A stretch of 63,618 bases of DNA, filler included, from Corallochytrium limacisporum Hawaii (GCA_002811645.1; 3 parts of 2 records of this genome joined end to end with filler, not necessarily neighbours in it); one strand, 5' to 3'. Shown: positions 13,401 to 26,496, counted from the first letter of the whole stretch. Translations and numbers: made by a program. The notes: a model not told the origin generated them from the letters alone.

Positions 13401-14159
13401 CCATCGGACATGCTCGTGTCGCTCAGTGGCAATCGCGCTCTGGATTGTTTGACGGCAGATCTCTGTGTGATGTGGCCTGTCCCGTACACGGTCCCACCAG
13501 ACGCTCTAGTGAGCAAGCCAGTCTGCAACAACCTTACAGAGCGTACACACACACACACACACACAGAGTCACCGATTCCGAGCCTCGGGTTGACCCCGAC
13601 CAGCGGAACGCTGACGATCATCAATTCTGGTCTGTTGTTGCCTGTGAGTGCATGCTGCTTACCGGATCAAGCACTGCCATCAGACAAGAGACCCCAGAAG
13701 TCAAAGAAGAGATCATGATTTCATGGCTGCTACCTTGCCAATCATGTCCAGCAGCAACGCCGAAGACTGAGACTCTCATCAGTCGCGGGTTCCCCTTCGC
13801 GCAGGAGACCCCCGGGGGGGGGGCTGGGCGGGCGGCGAGATCGTTTGCGCGAGTCAACCTCATCAGTTCGGATTCAATACCGAGCCAGGTCGAGCGGTTT
13901 TCAGTTTGTTTCTTGGCACACACACACACACGGTGCGCGGCTGTGTGAGGAAGAGAAGAGGGGGGGCGGGGGAGCGGGTGGTTGTCCAGCCAGAAACGTC
14001 CGTTGGTTGCATTATAGTAAGATCTATTGCGACATGTTGAATGGCAAGCTATGCTGAAAATCTACGCGATTGTGCAAGGAGGATGCTCCTAGAAAGATGC
14101 TAATGTTCTGCTTTACGGATGCCTGATGAATGGTGCATGCTGATGAAATATGGATAGGT

Positions 14160-14654
14160 TTACCGCGGGGCCTTGAAGAATGGTCGGCAGCGCTCGTTGA
14201 ACAGCTTCCGACTGCGCTGTTGGACGACCTGGTCAATGTTCTTTTCGGCCTCCATGGTACTGTATGCGTACTGTTCATCCCGCAGCGAACTCTGTAGGTT
14301 TGCATCACTCGCAGCAGACGCCTCTAGCTGATCAATGTGGGCTCGGACCTTGAGCAGACAGTCGTCGATAGCTCGCATCCGTCCTTGATGGGCAGTATTG
14401 AGCAAGTCGTAAATATGCTTACAGTTGGCCTCTGCCTTTGCTCGTTCTTCGCTCGTGGGGCTATGTGTGGGAATTGCGGCATTTAGCTTGTACTGAATGC
14501 GGTCATCAAACTTGCGCAGATCCTTCAGCGTTGCCTTAAACTCAAACAGATCGTCCGCGCTGAGCTCTACCTTAGATTGCAGTTCGGCCTCTTCTCGTTC
14601 TGCCTTGAGGTAAGTCATGGACTCTGCCTCTGCCTTTGATCCTGCGGCTCCCAT
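14160..14654 (-). CDS. MIX23: MIX23/CCDC58 mitochondrial intermembrane-space protein
   Basis: LRKFDDRIQYKLNAAIPT, NCKHIY, HQGRMRAIDDC and VVQQRSRKLFNERCRPFF follow the CCDC58 pattern. Start placed at accATG (14654). Confidence 0.85.
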   Translation of the reverse strand: MGAAGSKAEAESMTYLKAEREEAELQSKVELSADDLFEFKATLKDLRKFDDRIQYKLNAAIPTHSPTSEERAKAEANCKHIYDLLNTAHQGRMRAIDDCLLKVRAHIDQLEASAASDANLQSSLRDEQYAYSTMEAEKNIDQVVQQRSRKLFNERCRPFFKAPR

Positions 14655-15263
14655 GGTCCTCTTATAAATTGTCTCAACCACTCTAGCTTTAATAATCCAG
14701 GGTCGACAAGACACCGGTTCTCTTGCACACATACAAGTCTCGAACTTTGCTTTGAAATAGGTCCGCTCTTTGCAAAAGCACGGTCACCCCCGCGGTGCCC
14801 ACTCCCCGCCCTCCCCATACCCCGGGCCGGGAAGGTGTGAGTTGGCTGGCTCTTCCCACTATTACTTTTTCTGTTTTCGCCTGCTCTCTCTCTCTGCGTC
14901 CCGCTGGCCAGCCCATCACTACCACCCACTCGAGGCCCTCATCCTTTTTACTCACCACATACACAGGGGACAAAACGCGCGGCGGGCATTACGACTTTGG
15001 CCCGGCTCGGTGGCCCTGGTGCCCCAACCGGGCACGGACACAAACCGGGCCTGGGGGAAACGTAGCAAGCGACCGCGAGTGGTTGCCGATGGTCTCACTT
15101 GGAGGAGCTCATGGTTGTTGATTCCGTTGGCTCCTTGTGACATTGTACGTATTTAACAAGGACTGCCTCACTGATAATGCTTTTCCCCATTGCAATGATC
15201 AGTCACGTTGACTCACTAGACCAGGGACTCGGAGTAGATCTGCACGGGCACCCATAGTGAAAT

Positions 15264-16145
15264 ATGGCACTATCAGGGACACTATGTCGGAGGGTAGGTC
15301 TTGTCCGAACCCATCAGCTACGCTTTAAGGCCACCCTTGCAAATCAGGCGAAGAGAATGCCGCACAACGGCGTGATGTTGGATTTTACGGATGGTGAGAC
15401 CGTGTTCTCACTGGAGAGCAATCCGGGTGATCTGACTTCTACCCTAAATCATTTCACTGCCGCAGGAAAGACTGCTTGTTGGGCCAAACTGGCTCCAGAG
15501 GCTATGCACTTAGTGACAAGGTTCACAGACCAGGGCTTTAGGTTCCATCATTGCGAAGAACAGACGCTGGTAATGTACAAATGGCTGCCGGTGGGACAAG
15601 ACGACCGGGTGCCTGCCTTTGCCACGCATATTGTAGGTGTCGCAGGCTGTGTTGTCGACGATGCTGCTCGAGAACTCCTGGTGGTCCGCGAGAAGAGGGC
15701 ACCGGTCGGGGCTTGGAAGCTACCCGGCGGTCTGCAGGATCTGGGTGAGGACTTTGCGGCCACGGCAATACGAGAAGTTGAGGAAGAGACGGGTGTGAAG
15801 GCAGAATTCCGTGGACTACTTGGCCTGCGGCACGCACACGGAGCGGCCTTTGGTCGCAGCGATCTCTACGTGGTCACCCACCTTGCACCCTTGACAAAAA
15901 CACTGGACCTGTGCAACCATGAGATCGCGGAAGGGAAGTGGATGAAAGTTGACGACTTCATCGACGCATCGGTGCATCCAATGAATAATTTCATTGGACG
16001 CATTGTCCGTGAGCGGCTAGATAAAGGACTGACCAAGAGCAACATACAGGAGGCCACGCAGATCAGTCCATATACCAAGAAAGACTTCATGTTCTACTAT
16101 GCAGAGACAGAAGAGATACCAAACCAACACACTCACCAGCAATAG
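15264..16145 (+). CDS. Nudix hydrolase, NUDT6-like
   Basis: Nudix box GGLQDLGEDFAATAIREVEEETG, the NUDT6-type upstream domain (GFRFHH...MYKWL...VPAFATH), and a basic presequence-like N-terminus. Confidence 0.92.
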   Translation: MALSGTLCRRVGLVRTHQLRFKATLANQAKRMPHNGVMLDFTDGETVFSLESNPGDLTSTLNHFTAAGKTACWAKLAPEAMHLVTRFTDQGFRFHHCEEQTLVMYKWLPVGQDDRVPAFATHIVGVAGCVVDDAARELLVVREKRAPVGAWKLPGGLQDLGEDFAATAIREVEEETGVKAEFRGLLGLRHAHGAAFGRSDLYVVTHLAPLTKTLDLCNHEIAEGKWMKVDDFIDASVHPMNNFIGRIVRERLDKGLTKSNIQEATQISPYTKKDFMFYYAETEEIPNQHTHQQ

Positions 16146-16178
16146 ACCCCGCTGAACGCAGTATATGTATGAACGATA

Positions 16179-17711
16179 TCAAGAGGCCCTGATGGATACC
16201 TCTTTCTTACCTTGCCGAACAATCTTGTGTGCGGCATGAATTGGGCTGGAAACATTCTGCAGGCAGATACCTTGCACTGTGGCCATGGGCAGGCTACAGT
16301 CAGGGTACTCGCTACTCAGAATGTTCGAGCACCGTTCCCAGTTTGATCGATCCGTATGGGTACGCAGCTGTTCCACTTCGTCGCGGTCCAGACTGCGGCG
16401 TAGTTTCGCCCCAACAGCGTCCACTGTGTCGCTGTGAAGATTGTGGTACTGTGGCTGCCAGTCTTCGTAGAAGCGTGCAAAAAATCGCCAGACCATGTCA
16501 CGGGATGCCTTTCCAAATTTTTCCTGCCGATCGATGCGACCAGGTCGGATCAGAGCATTATCAAGGACCTCCGGGTGATTGGTTGTTGCAAACAGCAGTC
16601 TACCCTCCTGACTGGTCACTCCGTCTAGGGCGTTGAGGAGCCCGGAAAAGGTCATGCGGCGATTTAGTTCTCTGTTCACATTGCTCTCATCGTCCACCTC
16701 CACTGAACCAGATTTGTGCGTGAAGAGACAATCAATGTCTTCCAAGAGCAGTACACATCGTCTGGGAGCACTTGAGAACAGCGTGCTTAAGACATCATCT
16801 GTGATCTCAGCGCTCAGATTCAGCATGTACACGTTCAAATGCAACTCCCCTGCCAATGCAGTAACAAAAGACGTCTTGCCCGTACCCGGAGGCCCCGTAA
16901 GCAGATAGCCTCGTCGATACGGCACACCCTTCCGTGCGTACCACTCTTCGCTGCGCAGGAAGGTCTGACAGTCCTTGAGAATTGACTCTGAGTGATTTTC
17001 CTGCAGAATCACGCTCTGCAGCGATCGCCGGCGCTTCGTGGTCATGTGACACCAGTTGCCATACTCATCACTCATGTACATGGCGGTGTGCTTCATTTCA
17101 AACTCAAGGTACTGCCGCCGCGCCTCGTAGGTCAACCGCTCAATGCTCTGCCGACTTGTCCCAAGGACGTAGATGGCCAAGGTCTCGTTTTGGTTTCTGC
17201 TACTGCCACTCGTGCTCGTCCCTCCAGATGGCGTTCCGATGCTTGATCGGTGGACCAACATCCACTTCGATTGAGCTCGGATTATGTGGCTGCCTGTGGG
17301 GACAAAGTGGACTGGTGTCACAAGCTCCGCCGCGCTCAACAAATCATTCTCCTCACTGCGCGAAGACTGGACGACATCACCTCCAATCATAAGCATGCCA
17401 TCTGGAACCCTTTTACCGTGGATGAGCGTCGTAACCGACGTGTTGGTTGCGCGTTGGAATGCCGGATTCTGTGACAGCCAATGCAAGATCCATTGGTAGC
17501 TCTCATCCCGCGAGTCGTACACTGCCTTCACCACAAAATGGCGCGTAATCATGTCCACGATCAGGTCTACCAGGGTGCTCAAAGGGGGCACCACGAGTCC
17601 TCCGACCACTGCAGACGCAATGCCGAGGCCCGCAAGCCTCCACATGTTGCCACTGCCACCGGCGCCATGCACCAACGCATGACTAACTTCTGCCAGTCCG
17701 TGCTCTGCCAT
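16179..17711 (-). CDS. BCS1-family mitochondrial AAA ATPase
   Basis: N-terminal TM, SRDESYQWILHWL, WYARKGVPYRRGYLLTGPPGTGKT (Walker A), LLEDID (Walker B), TFSGLLNALDG and ALIRPGRID. Start chosen at ATG 17711; the frame is open to 17825. Confidence 0.92.
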   Translation of the reverse strand: MAEHGLAEVSHALVHGAGGSGNMWRLAGLGIASAVVGGLVVPPLSTLVDLIVDMITRHFVVKAVYDSRDESYQWILHWLSQNPAFQRATNTSVTTLIHGKRVPDGMLMIGGDVVQSSRSEENDLLSAAELVTPVHFVPTGSHIIRAQSKWMLVHRSSIGTPSGGTSTSGSSRNQNETLAIYVLGTSRQSIERLTYEARRQYLEFEMKHTAMYMSDEYGNWCHMTTKRRRSLQSVILQENHSESILKDCQTFLRSEEWYARKGVPYRRGYLLTGPPGTGKTSFVTALAGELHLNVYMLNLSAEITDDVLSTLFSSAPRRCVLLLEDIDCLFTHKSGSVEVDDESNVNRELNRRMTFSGLLNALDGVTSQEGRLLFATTNHPEVLDNALIRPGRIDRQEKFGKASRDMVWRFFARFYEDWQPQYHNLHSDTVDAVGAKLRRSLDRDEVEQLRTHTDRSNWERCSNILSSEYPDCSLPMATVQGICLQNVSSPIHAAHKIVRQGKKEVSIRAS

Positions 17712-18441
17712 TGCTCCTACGAGTTTACATGCTGATCTGAGGTCTCTCAAATTGCATACTGAGTCGGTCTCTGACAAAGAAAGAATGCCATAATGTGGAA
17801 ATGCTCGCACCATCAGGCACTTCAAAATAGCATGTCACATACCTGCACAGCCGCAGCAATTGCGGCCGGTGAAATTCTTGGCGAACTTTCGCCGGGTCCT
17901 GGGAGACCCACCCACCTCGGTGGCTGCAGAAGGAGGTCAACCAGTGGTGTTCAGGTAAGGGGGGAAGCCCTCTACATCAAAGGAGGGGGCCAGGGACCCA
18001 CCGGATTCGCTCCGGCACACAGCAAGCGAGCGAGGGAGAAGTAGCGGGAGATGGGCTAAGCAAACTGCCGGCGCACGACGGGCGATGGTGACCAAGAGTT
18101 GTCCTCGAGAGTGAGAAGCCTGGTCGAGCAATTAAACCCCATCCAGACACACAAGTGAAACAATTCAACACGAGTCTTGGTCTTTTTGGGTTTTTTTGTT
18201 TTTGTTGGTTTGCAAACTCTTCAATGTCTCCACAGGACACTGAAAGGGGCTTAGCAATGAGTGTATTGTTTGAGGCTTGGCTGCCAAAACCATTCCTTGT
18301 GACATGGGGGATAAGATATCATTTCGCGTTCAAGCACACACGAGCCAGTCCAGCTGCGCTGACAGAACGAAGCCAAACGACACGCATAGTACAATGAACA
18401 GAGAGTAAGGCTCAGGTTTACAATTGAAGACAGTTGACCGT

Positions 18442-20156
<1,715 letters not shown>

Positions 20157-21622
20157 GTTTATGTGATGTAAAAAAGTCGACCGAGACACACTATGTAAAA
20201 TATGTAAGGGGTAAGAAAGTTCTGAAGGATCTCTCTGAGTGTCTTGAAGTAGTTAGTCTGATGTAGGTTTCTTGCTGGTGCCATCCAGGGGCGAAGCGCT
20301 CGTCGACGTCTGGTTTGTCTGTCTCTCCTGCGTCTTGTTAATCTTTCCTGCTGCGTTCAGCCTTTTTCACACACTAGATATGGACGCACACCCATTTTAA
20401 CGAAGTTCCACACAGGCAAAGCAGCTCCAACACTCATCCAAACGCCTTTTTACTTCACTCTCTTTGCTGCTTGGTTTGTCTTAGCATTTTGGGACAGCGA
20501 GTAACCTTTTCCCCCCGGAGGATGGATTCTGCTGGTGTTCTTCGGCTAAGAGGCGGTGCACAAAGTTTTCTTTTGTCTCTCTGGGCCTCGGCGCGTGTGC
20601 GTGTGTGTGTGAGTTCGGGTGTCTAAGGGCTGTGTGGTGAGCGCAACGGTGCAAACGTTTGCACAACAGCCCCCCCCCCCCCCCGGGTTCTTATCTGTTG
20701 CCACCGTTGTCTGTCCGCGAGTTTTGCTTTCTGCAACGGGTTCTGCGGAATTTTCCTTTTGCCTCTAATGTTCCACTGTCTGTTTCTGGTCCAACTGCCA
20801 ACATTTTCTGATTTGCGCGAGCAGAGTGGACCCCCATACACAATACATCACACCCACCATCGACTGCTGTACCTGGCAAGGGCACTTGCCATCTGGCCAC
20901 TTGTTGGCTGGAGAGACTAACGCTGTTGTTCAGGTAGGTCGAAAGTTTCCAAAGTGTGTCACGGCCGCGGGAATGAATGCGTAAGCGCATCCTCTAGATC
21001 GATGTGACATGTGGCCGCACCCATGCTCATCAAATCGCCATACATGGGGTGCGTACGTCATCGGAATACTTTGGTGATATGGTGGCGTATGTGGCCATGG
21101 CTATCACTTGGTAATGTCACCGCGGTAGAAAAAAAAAGACATGAAGGAAGACGTACATGTTAAAGGTCCGAACGCACCAATACCTAGCAGCTTGCACAGT
21201 GGTTCCGGGCATGGCAAAGGTTCCTGTTGAGCAGCGCATTAACAACTGGCTCCGCTGTCAAAGTAAAATGAATCTTGGGCAAAACGCCCTACCCCCGCCC
21301 TCGAATATCAACCCGCACCGGCGGTGGTGGGTCCCCATGATCGGGAGTCTATTTAATGTAGATGCGGGGCATGCAGGGCGGGTGGGGGGACGGCCTGGCC
21401 CGCTAGAGGGGATGGGCGGGGGTTTTTAAGTCGGGCAACGCGGTGAGAAGGACGATAGCTATGCGACTGAAAAGGGGAGCATCCTCAATGTGGACCTTGT
21501 GTAAAGAAGTGAGAGATGAACCTGTGGTGTCATATTGGGTAGCTAAACAATATGCCGTAAACAATTCAGAAATTACGGATTATGTACAACTGTGTGAATT
21601 GAAGCATGTAGCAAGGTTCACC

Positions 21623-23155
21623 ATGGACCAGCTTCAGGAATACGCCACATCGGAGTCCGATTCGGAACCAATAGAGGTCACTGTTCAGCCTCATATAGAT
21701 CTTGCCCCGAACTTTAATGTTAATAGTAAAGAAACCGCCACTAATGGGTCTGCGCTGGTGGCCGAGGGCGACATTGAGCCGGCTACCAAAACAACATACA
21801 CAGGGACAGTGGGTCGCGCAGTCGGAATAACTCCAGAAGCAGTCGAGCGGGCTCGGCAGGAGGAAGCTAAGCAGCAGCGGAAACGGGAGAAAAACACCAC
21901 AGTGAAGTCCTCAAAGAAACGGAAACAAGAAGATGTCACCTTCAATGCAGCCGGGCAGATTGATTTGGAGCAGTACAGTGGACCATTTGCAGCGCAAGAG
22001 ATCACGGCTCGGGCAGCTCCAAACGAGGAATCCACCGCCGCCAGTGTGCCATCAGCAAGCAGAGAGAGATTTCATCAGATTCACACCAGCGTTCTTCACC
22101 TTGAAAATCCGAATGATTCCCTCGGGCGATCTTTTATGTTCGCCCCTCGGGACACCGAAACAAATCTGTACGCCTCCGATCCACCAGAGTTTTGCAAGGC
22201 ACCCACTCGGCGTGTTCACACTTATGTCTGCGATCAACAGGGTGTGAGCTCTCTAGCTCTGCTGCGGTCAAGTGGGCACCTCTTCCTGTCCGGAGGCTTT
22301 GACGGATCGATTAAATTGTGGGAAACGTACAAAGAGCGCCGGCTATGTCGATCCTATTTCCACGGCAGTAACATCCGTGCTTTGGACTTTGACAGCCGCG
22401 GAGAGACGTTCTTGAGTTGTGGATGGAATCGCATGGTTGTTCTCTGGGATACAGAAACTGGGGCTCACAAGGCTACATTCGACATCAAAGGCCCGGCAAT
22501 GTGCGTCCGACACCATCCGGATCCCCTGCAGGAGAGTATGTTTTTAGTCGGTACCACTCGAAAAATAAAGCAGTTTGACAAGCGTCGAGCTGCGGAGAGA
22601 GGACCCGTCGCGGAAGTTAGAGTACCTATCACCGAACCCGTCCAGGTCTACGATCGGCATCAGTCAGAAGTCACGGCGATTGAATTTCTGGATTCCGGCC
22701 ATCAGTTTGTGTCAACTAGTTTCGATAAGTCCATCCGGCTGTGGGACTGGGAAGTACCTGTCGATGTGCGTGTGATCACCGAGGCTCGGGGATACGCTAT
22801 GCCCACACTGGGGCTGTCTCCGAACGGAAAAACCATGGTGGCACCAACATTAGACAATCGTTTGCGGTACTTGACTTATGCAACGGGCAAGCTCAAATTG
22901 AACACCAAGGATGAGTTTGAACACGGCCTCAACTTTGAAGGATACGCTTGCCAGCCTTGCTGGTCGCCGAGCGGCAATGTCGTCGCCTGCGGAGACAGCA
23001 CCGGTGCCTTAGCTTTTTGGAGCTTCCCTTCCAAACGCCGCATCCGCAAAGTACCGGCGCACAAGAAGACCTGTATTGCGACCGCCTGGCTGCCTCACGA
23101 ATCCAGCACGGTACTAACAGCATCATGGGATGACCGCATCAAAATCTGGGAGTGA
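21623..23155 (+). CDS. CDC40: Pre-mRNA splicing factor PRP17/CDC40 (WD40 repeats), divergent
   Basis: IDLAP, SLGRSFM, SGHLFLSGGFDGSIKLWE, FVSTSFDKSIRLWDWEVPV, GYACQ and WLPHESSTVLTASWDDRIKIWE match PRP17. Start at accATGG (21623). Confidence 0.9.
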   Translation: MDQLQEYATSESDSEPIEVTVQPHIDLAPNFNVNSKETATNGSALVAEGDIEPATKTTYTGTVGRAVGITPEAVERARQEEAKQQRKREKNTTVKSSKKRKQEDVTFNAAGQIDLEQYSGPFAAQEITARAAPNEESTAASVPSASRERFHQIHTSVLHLENPNDSLGRSFMFAPRDTETNLYASDPPEFCKAPTRRVHTYVCDQQGVSSLALLRSSGHLFLSGGFDGSIKLWETYKERRLCRSYFHGSNIRALDFDSRGETFLSCGWNRMVVLWDTETGAHKATFDIKGPAMCVRHHPDPLQESMFLVGTTRKIKQFDKRRAAERGPVAEVRVPITEPVQVYDRHQSEVTAIEFLDSGHQFVSTSFDKSIRLWDWEVPVDVRVITEARGYAMPTLGLSPNGKTMVAPTLDNRLRYLTYATGKLKLNTKDEFEHGLNFEGYACQPCWSPSGNVVACGDSTGALAFWSFPSKRRIRKVPAHKKTCIATAWLPHESSTVLTASWDDRIKIWE

Positions 23156-24127
23156 GTATCTCACTAATCAATAATATATTTACAGTATATTGAAATATTT
23201 TTTTTATTTATGATTTGATTTTTTCCTTCGTCCTCTCTCTCTCTCTCTCTCTCTTAGTGTTGTTGGTTTTTAATGCCGCTGCCTCCATATGGCCAGATGC
23301 ACAGTGCAGAATTTGGTCACTGTCTGAGGATTGAAACTTTCCACTGTTGCCAATGGAGTCAGGTTTGGTCCACGGCGTCGTAGTAGTAAGAAAAAATGGG
23401 GAACAAATAGTACCGGCGGGCTGTGGTCGATCGTCTTGGTGAAGAACCTCGTCGGCGAGAGACTGAGCTTTAAAGCAACACACACCGCCGCGATCGATAG
23501 CGGGTTCTGAGTGGCGGATCCCCGATTTACCTTGCGGTCATAGATGATCATCAAGGTGAACACTCCTTTGGTAGTTGGAAGTCCCCAAACGTCCGAACCG
23601 CACGCGAGAGCGGCACCGCAAACCTTCTAAGAACTAAGGTGGGGTGGTGAAGAGACACAGAGAGAAAGAATGCCTTGCTCAACAGAAGCCGATACCCAGT
23701 GCCAACGCCCTCTGTTCTGATTTTTGACCGGAGACGATTGTGGACCGGACATAGGGTATTGTAGAACTTATTAGAACTCTGTTGTCTGCTGTGTGAATCT
23801 TGGGATCGACCTCCCAGGCCTACTCTCGGTCCAGGTACCGCACCCCTCACCTTCCCCGCGTATGAATGCTCTGCAAGCACACTGTGACCGTTGTTTCACA
23901 TCCTACACGCTGGAGAATCCGCGAGACATGGGGGAGACAGCCTTGGAAGGAGAACAGAAAACGTGAAAGTCAGGCTAATTTGGAATGGATAATGATGCTA
24001 GACATGTATGTATGTACATAACGTACTTGCTAAATGAAATTATGGAGATGGAAGTGTAGGGACATAGCAAATAAAAGACATGGACTATGAAGAAAAATAT
24101 GGAAAGGATATGTGTGGTGCGAGTGCT

Positions 24128-25990
24128 CTAAAAGTCGACAGAGCTACCGAGGCCGGGCATGTCGTTGTTGGGTATCCGGTACCTACCAAGAGTTTGTAGC
24201 CTCTGGAGGCCTTGTTCGACCATGACGCACCCAGAACGGGTATCAACATGCGCCTCGGGCGCGGTAGCGTCGCGGTCGCCGACCTTACGCACGCGATCGC
24301 GAAGCAGGGCTGCCAGCCAGGCGTTGTGCTTGCGTTGCTCGCTGACAGAGATTCCGCGGGGTGTGTTTACGTCGTCGAGACTGAAGAAGCAGTTTACCAG
24401 GGTTTCGTAGAACTCATCGCGGACATTGTTGTGCCAGTGCAGGAAGAATTTCTCAAAGATGCTCTGAGTCATTATGAGTTCAATGATGGCCTTGCGCGTA
24501 AGACCATTGAAGACGGTCCAGGCACTGCGAATGAACCGTAGCACAGTCTCTAGAATCTGGAAGTGCTCACCGGTCAGTAAGGCCTTGATGCCACGCACTA
24601 ACGCCTTCATAACAGGTCCATCGCCATTACCGGGAATGATTGGGGTGGTCGATACCATCCGCGCAGCGGATAGCGAATTGACAATGCTCGAAATGAAGTC
24701 TGTCAAGCTCAGAACATCTTCGAGACTGTGTGGATTGACCTGCTTGAAGAACACCTCGCAGAGGGCCTCCAGGACTACGGGGTTGCTGCACACGACTGTC
24801 AAGCACTCTACACACTGTGGGCTGGTGCGGCACAGAGTACGCTTGGCAGTGGCATTGAAGGCGGTAGACTTCGTCCTAGCAATCGGGCTCATGGCTCGTT
24901 GGAAAGCGATGAGTAGGAGACTAGCGTAGCCTGGGATTGCGGACCAGTCTACTGCCGTCTTGCCGTCACCTAACTCAAAGGAGTGTTGTCTACGACCCTC
25001 GTCCAGAATACGGGTGATCAGCGCATCTTGTAAATCATGCTCGCAGATGTACGCCATGCAGGAGATGAGACTATGGTTCTGTTCAAGGTCCTCTTCATAG
25101 GCACCTTCAGCCTGATCAACTGTGGTGTTGTCCTGGGGCATCCTGATGTTAAGTTGATGCTGTTCACGAAGATTCTTCACAGCACACTTCGTCGTAATGA
25201 CGCATTCATTAGTAATGGTGCGCAACTGGTTCACGTATTTGTCAGCATTCACGTTGGCCCTGGATGGGCTGTTGGGGCGCGGCATGAGTGCTGCAAGCAT
25301 GGCCTTGGAAATACCAGGGCTGCCTAGGTACAGGCAGGCGAGAATCTCCAAGGCAGGGAGACTGGTTTCTGCCTCGTTCAAGCTGAGCAGGCCCATACAT
25401 ACATCCAGAGTTTTCAGCATGTATGTGCAGCGCTCAAACCCAATGCTGGAGTGCCGCAGCAAATTGGATTTGACCAATTCGCTAGTGAGGGCCATTTCGG
25501 TGGAAGTGGGGGCGCGGTCGGCGGCAATCTTCAGAGACATATCCGCCAGAACCTTAGACCACAGCATGAGGGCGCACTTACGGACCTCTGCTCCGCAAGT
25601 GTCCCCTGTGGACTGCTTCTCGAGGTCACGGAACATGACCCGAGAATCATGTAACAAACATGAGCTGTTTGTCACATACCTTGGATTGCACAGGTTGTGA
25701 ACTCTGTGACAGAAGACTTGAGGCACAGTTGTGTATGTCATGGGCACAAAGGCCGGTCGAAACTTTTGCCGAGGCCCCGCTGACCGATGGGTCAGCGCAT
25801 CTTGTCTTGAGAAAGGTATTCTCTCGACGGCCTGGTTTTCAGTGTATGTTTGGGTCAGATCACTGATATCAGCGATTGACCTCCGGTGCTGCCGCCTAAA
25901 GCTCATCGTCGTCTGAGTGTGTTCCTCCGTCTTCTCCTGAGCGACTGACGATGAGGTTGGCCGCCGCCGGCTTTTCCACAGGAATCCCAT
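24128..25990 (-). CDS. 620-aa alpha-helical protein, probable DUF1765/UPF0592 family
   Basis: Long clean intronless ORF with accATGG start. The C-terminal EHFQILETVLRFI...FEKFFLHWHNNVRDEFYETLV resembles the DUF1765 FxHWxxxVRxxF motif. Confidence 0.7.
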   Translation of the reverse strand: MGFLWKSRRRPTSSSVAQEKTEEHTQTTMSFRRQHRRSIADISDLTQTYTENQAVERIPFSRQDALTHRSAGPRQKFRPAFVPMTYTTVPQVFCHRVHNLCNPRYVTNSSCLLHDSRVMFRDLEKQSTGDTCGAEVRKCALMLWSKVLADMSLKIAADRAPTSTEMALTSELVKSNLLRHSSIGFERCTYMLKTLDVCMGLLSLNEAETSLPALEILACLYLGSPGISKAMLAALMPRPNSPSRANVNADKYVNQLRTITNECVITTKCAVKNLREQHQLNIRMPQDNTTVDQAEGAYEEDLEQNHSLISCMAYICEHDLQDALITRILDEGRRQHSFELGDGKTAVDWSAIPGYASLLLIAFQRAMSPIARTKSTAFNATAKRTLCRTSPQCVECLTVVCSNPVVLEALCEVFFKQVNPHSLEDVLSLTDFISSIVNSLSAARMVSTTPIIPGNGDGPVMKALVRGIKALLTGEHFQILETVLRFIRSAWTVFNGLTRKAIIELIMTQSIFEKFFLHWHNNVRDEFYETLVNCFFSLDDVNTPRGISVSEQRKHNAWLAALLRDRVRKVGDRDATAPEAHVDTRSGCVMVEQGLQRLQTLGRYRIPNNDMPGLGSSVDF

Positions 25991-26448
25991 GGTTAAGCTA
26001 TACTATCGAAAGTTCGCGTTTTCGTTTCTTTATTCTCAATCCATTATGCTACTCAACAGTATCCCTAGGTTCCACCCTATCCGTTTTGTACCAAGGATGG
26101 ACGTAAAGTCAGCGATTCGTTTGATGGTCCACAATCGTCCGTGTCCATCCATTTTGGGGGAGAAACCTCCAGCAATGGTCTCTCCGTTCCATGTTGGTAC
26201 AGCCACAATTGCGCATAAGTGGACAGCAGGAGTGCCGTAAGCAGGAGGTGAAAGGGAAGCGAAGGAAGCTTTAGAAGAGTTTCGACAAAGGGGCGAAAGG
26301 GAAGGTGGGGTGGGAGAGGGGGACGGGAGATGGAATCGGCGCAGTTTGGAATCCCCTTCCATCCAGTGTAGAGTTTGGAATCCCTCCCGAATAGCACGAG
26401 AGATATTCGCCCAACCCAGCCCCCTCCCCTCCCCGCCTGCTCCACCCT

Positions 26449-26449
<1 letters not shown>

Positions 26450-26496
<47 letters not shown>

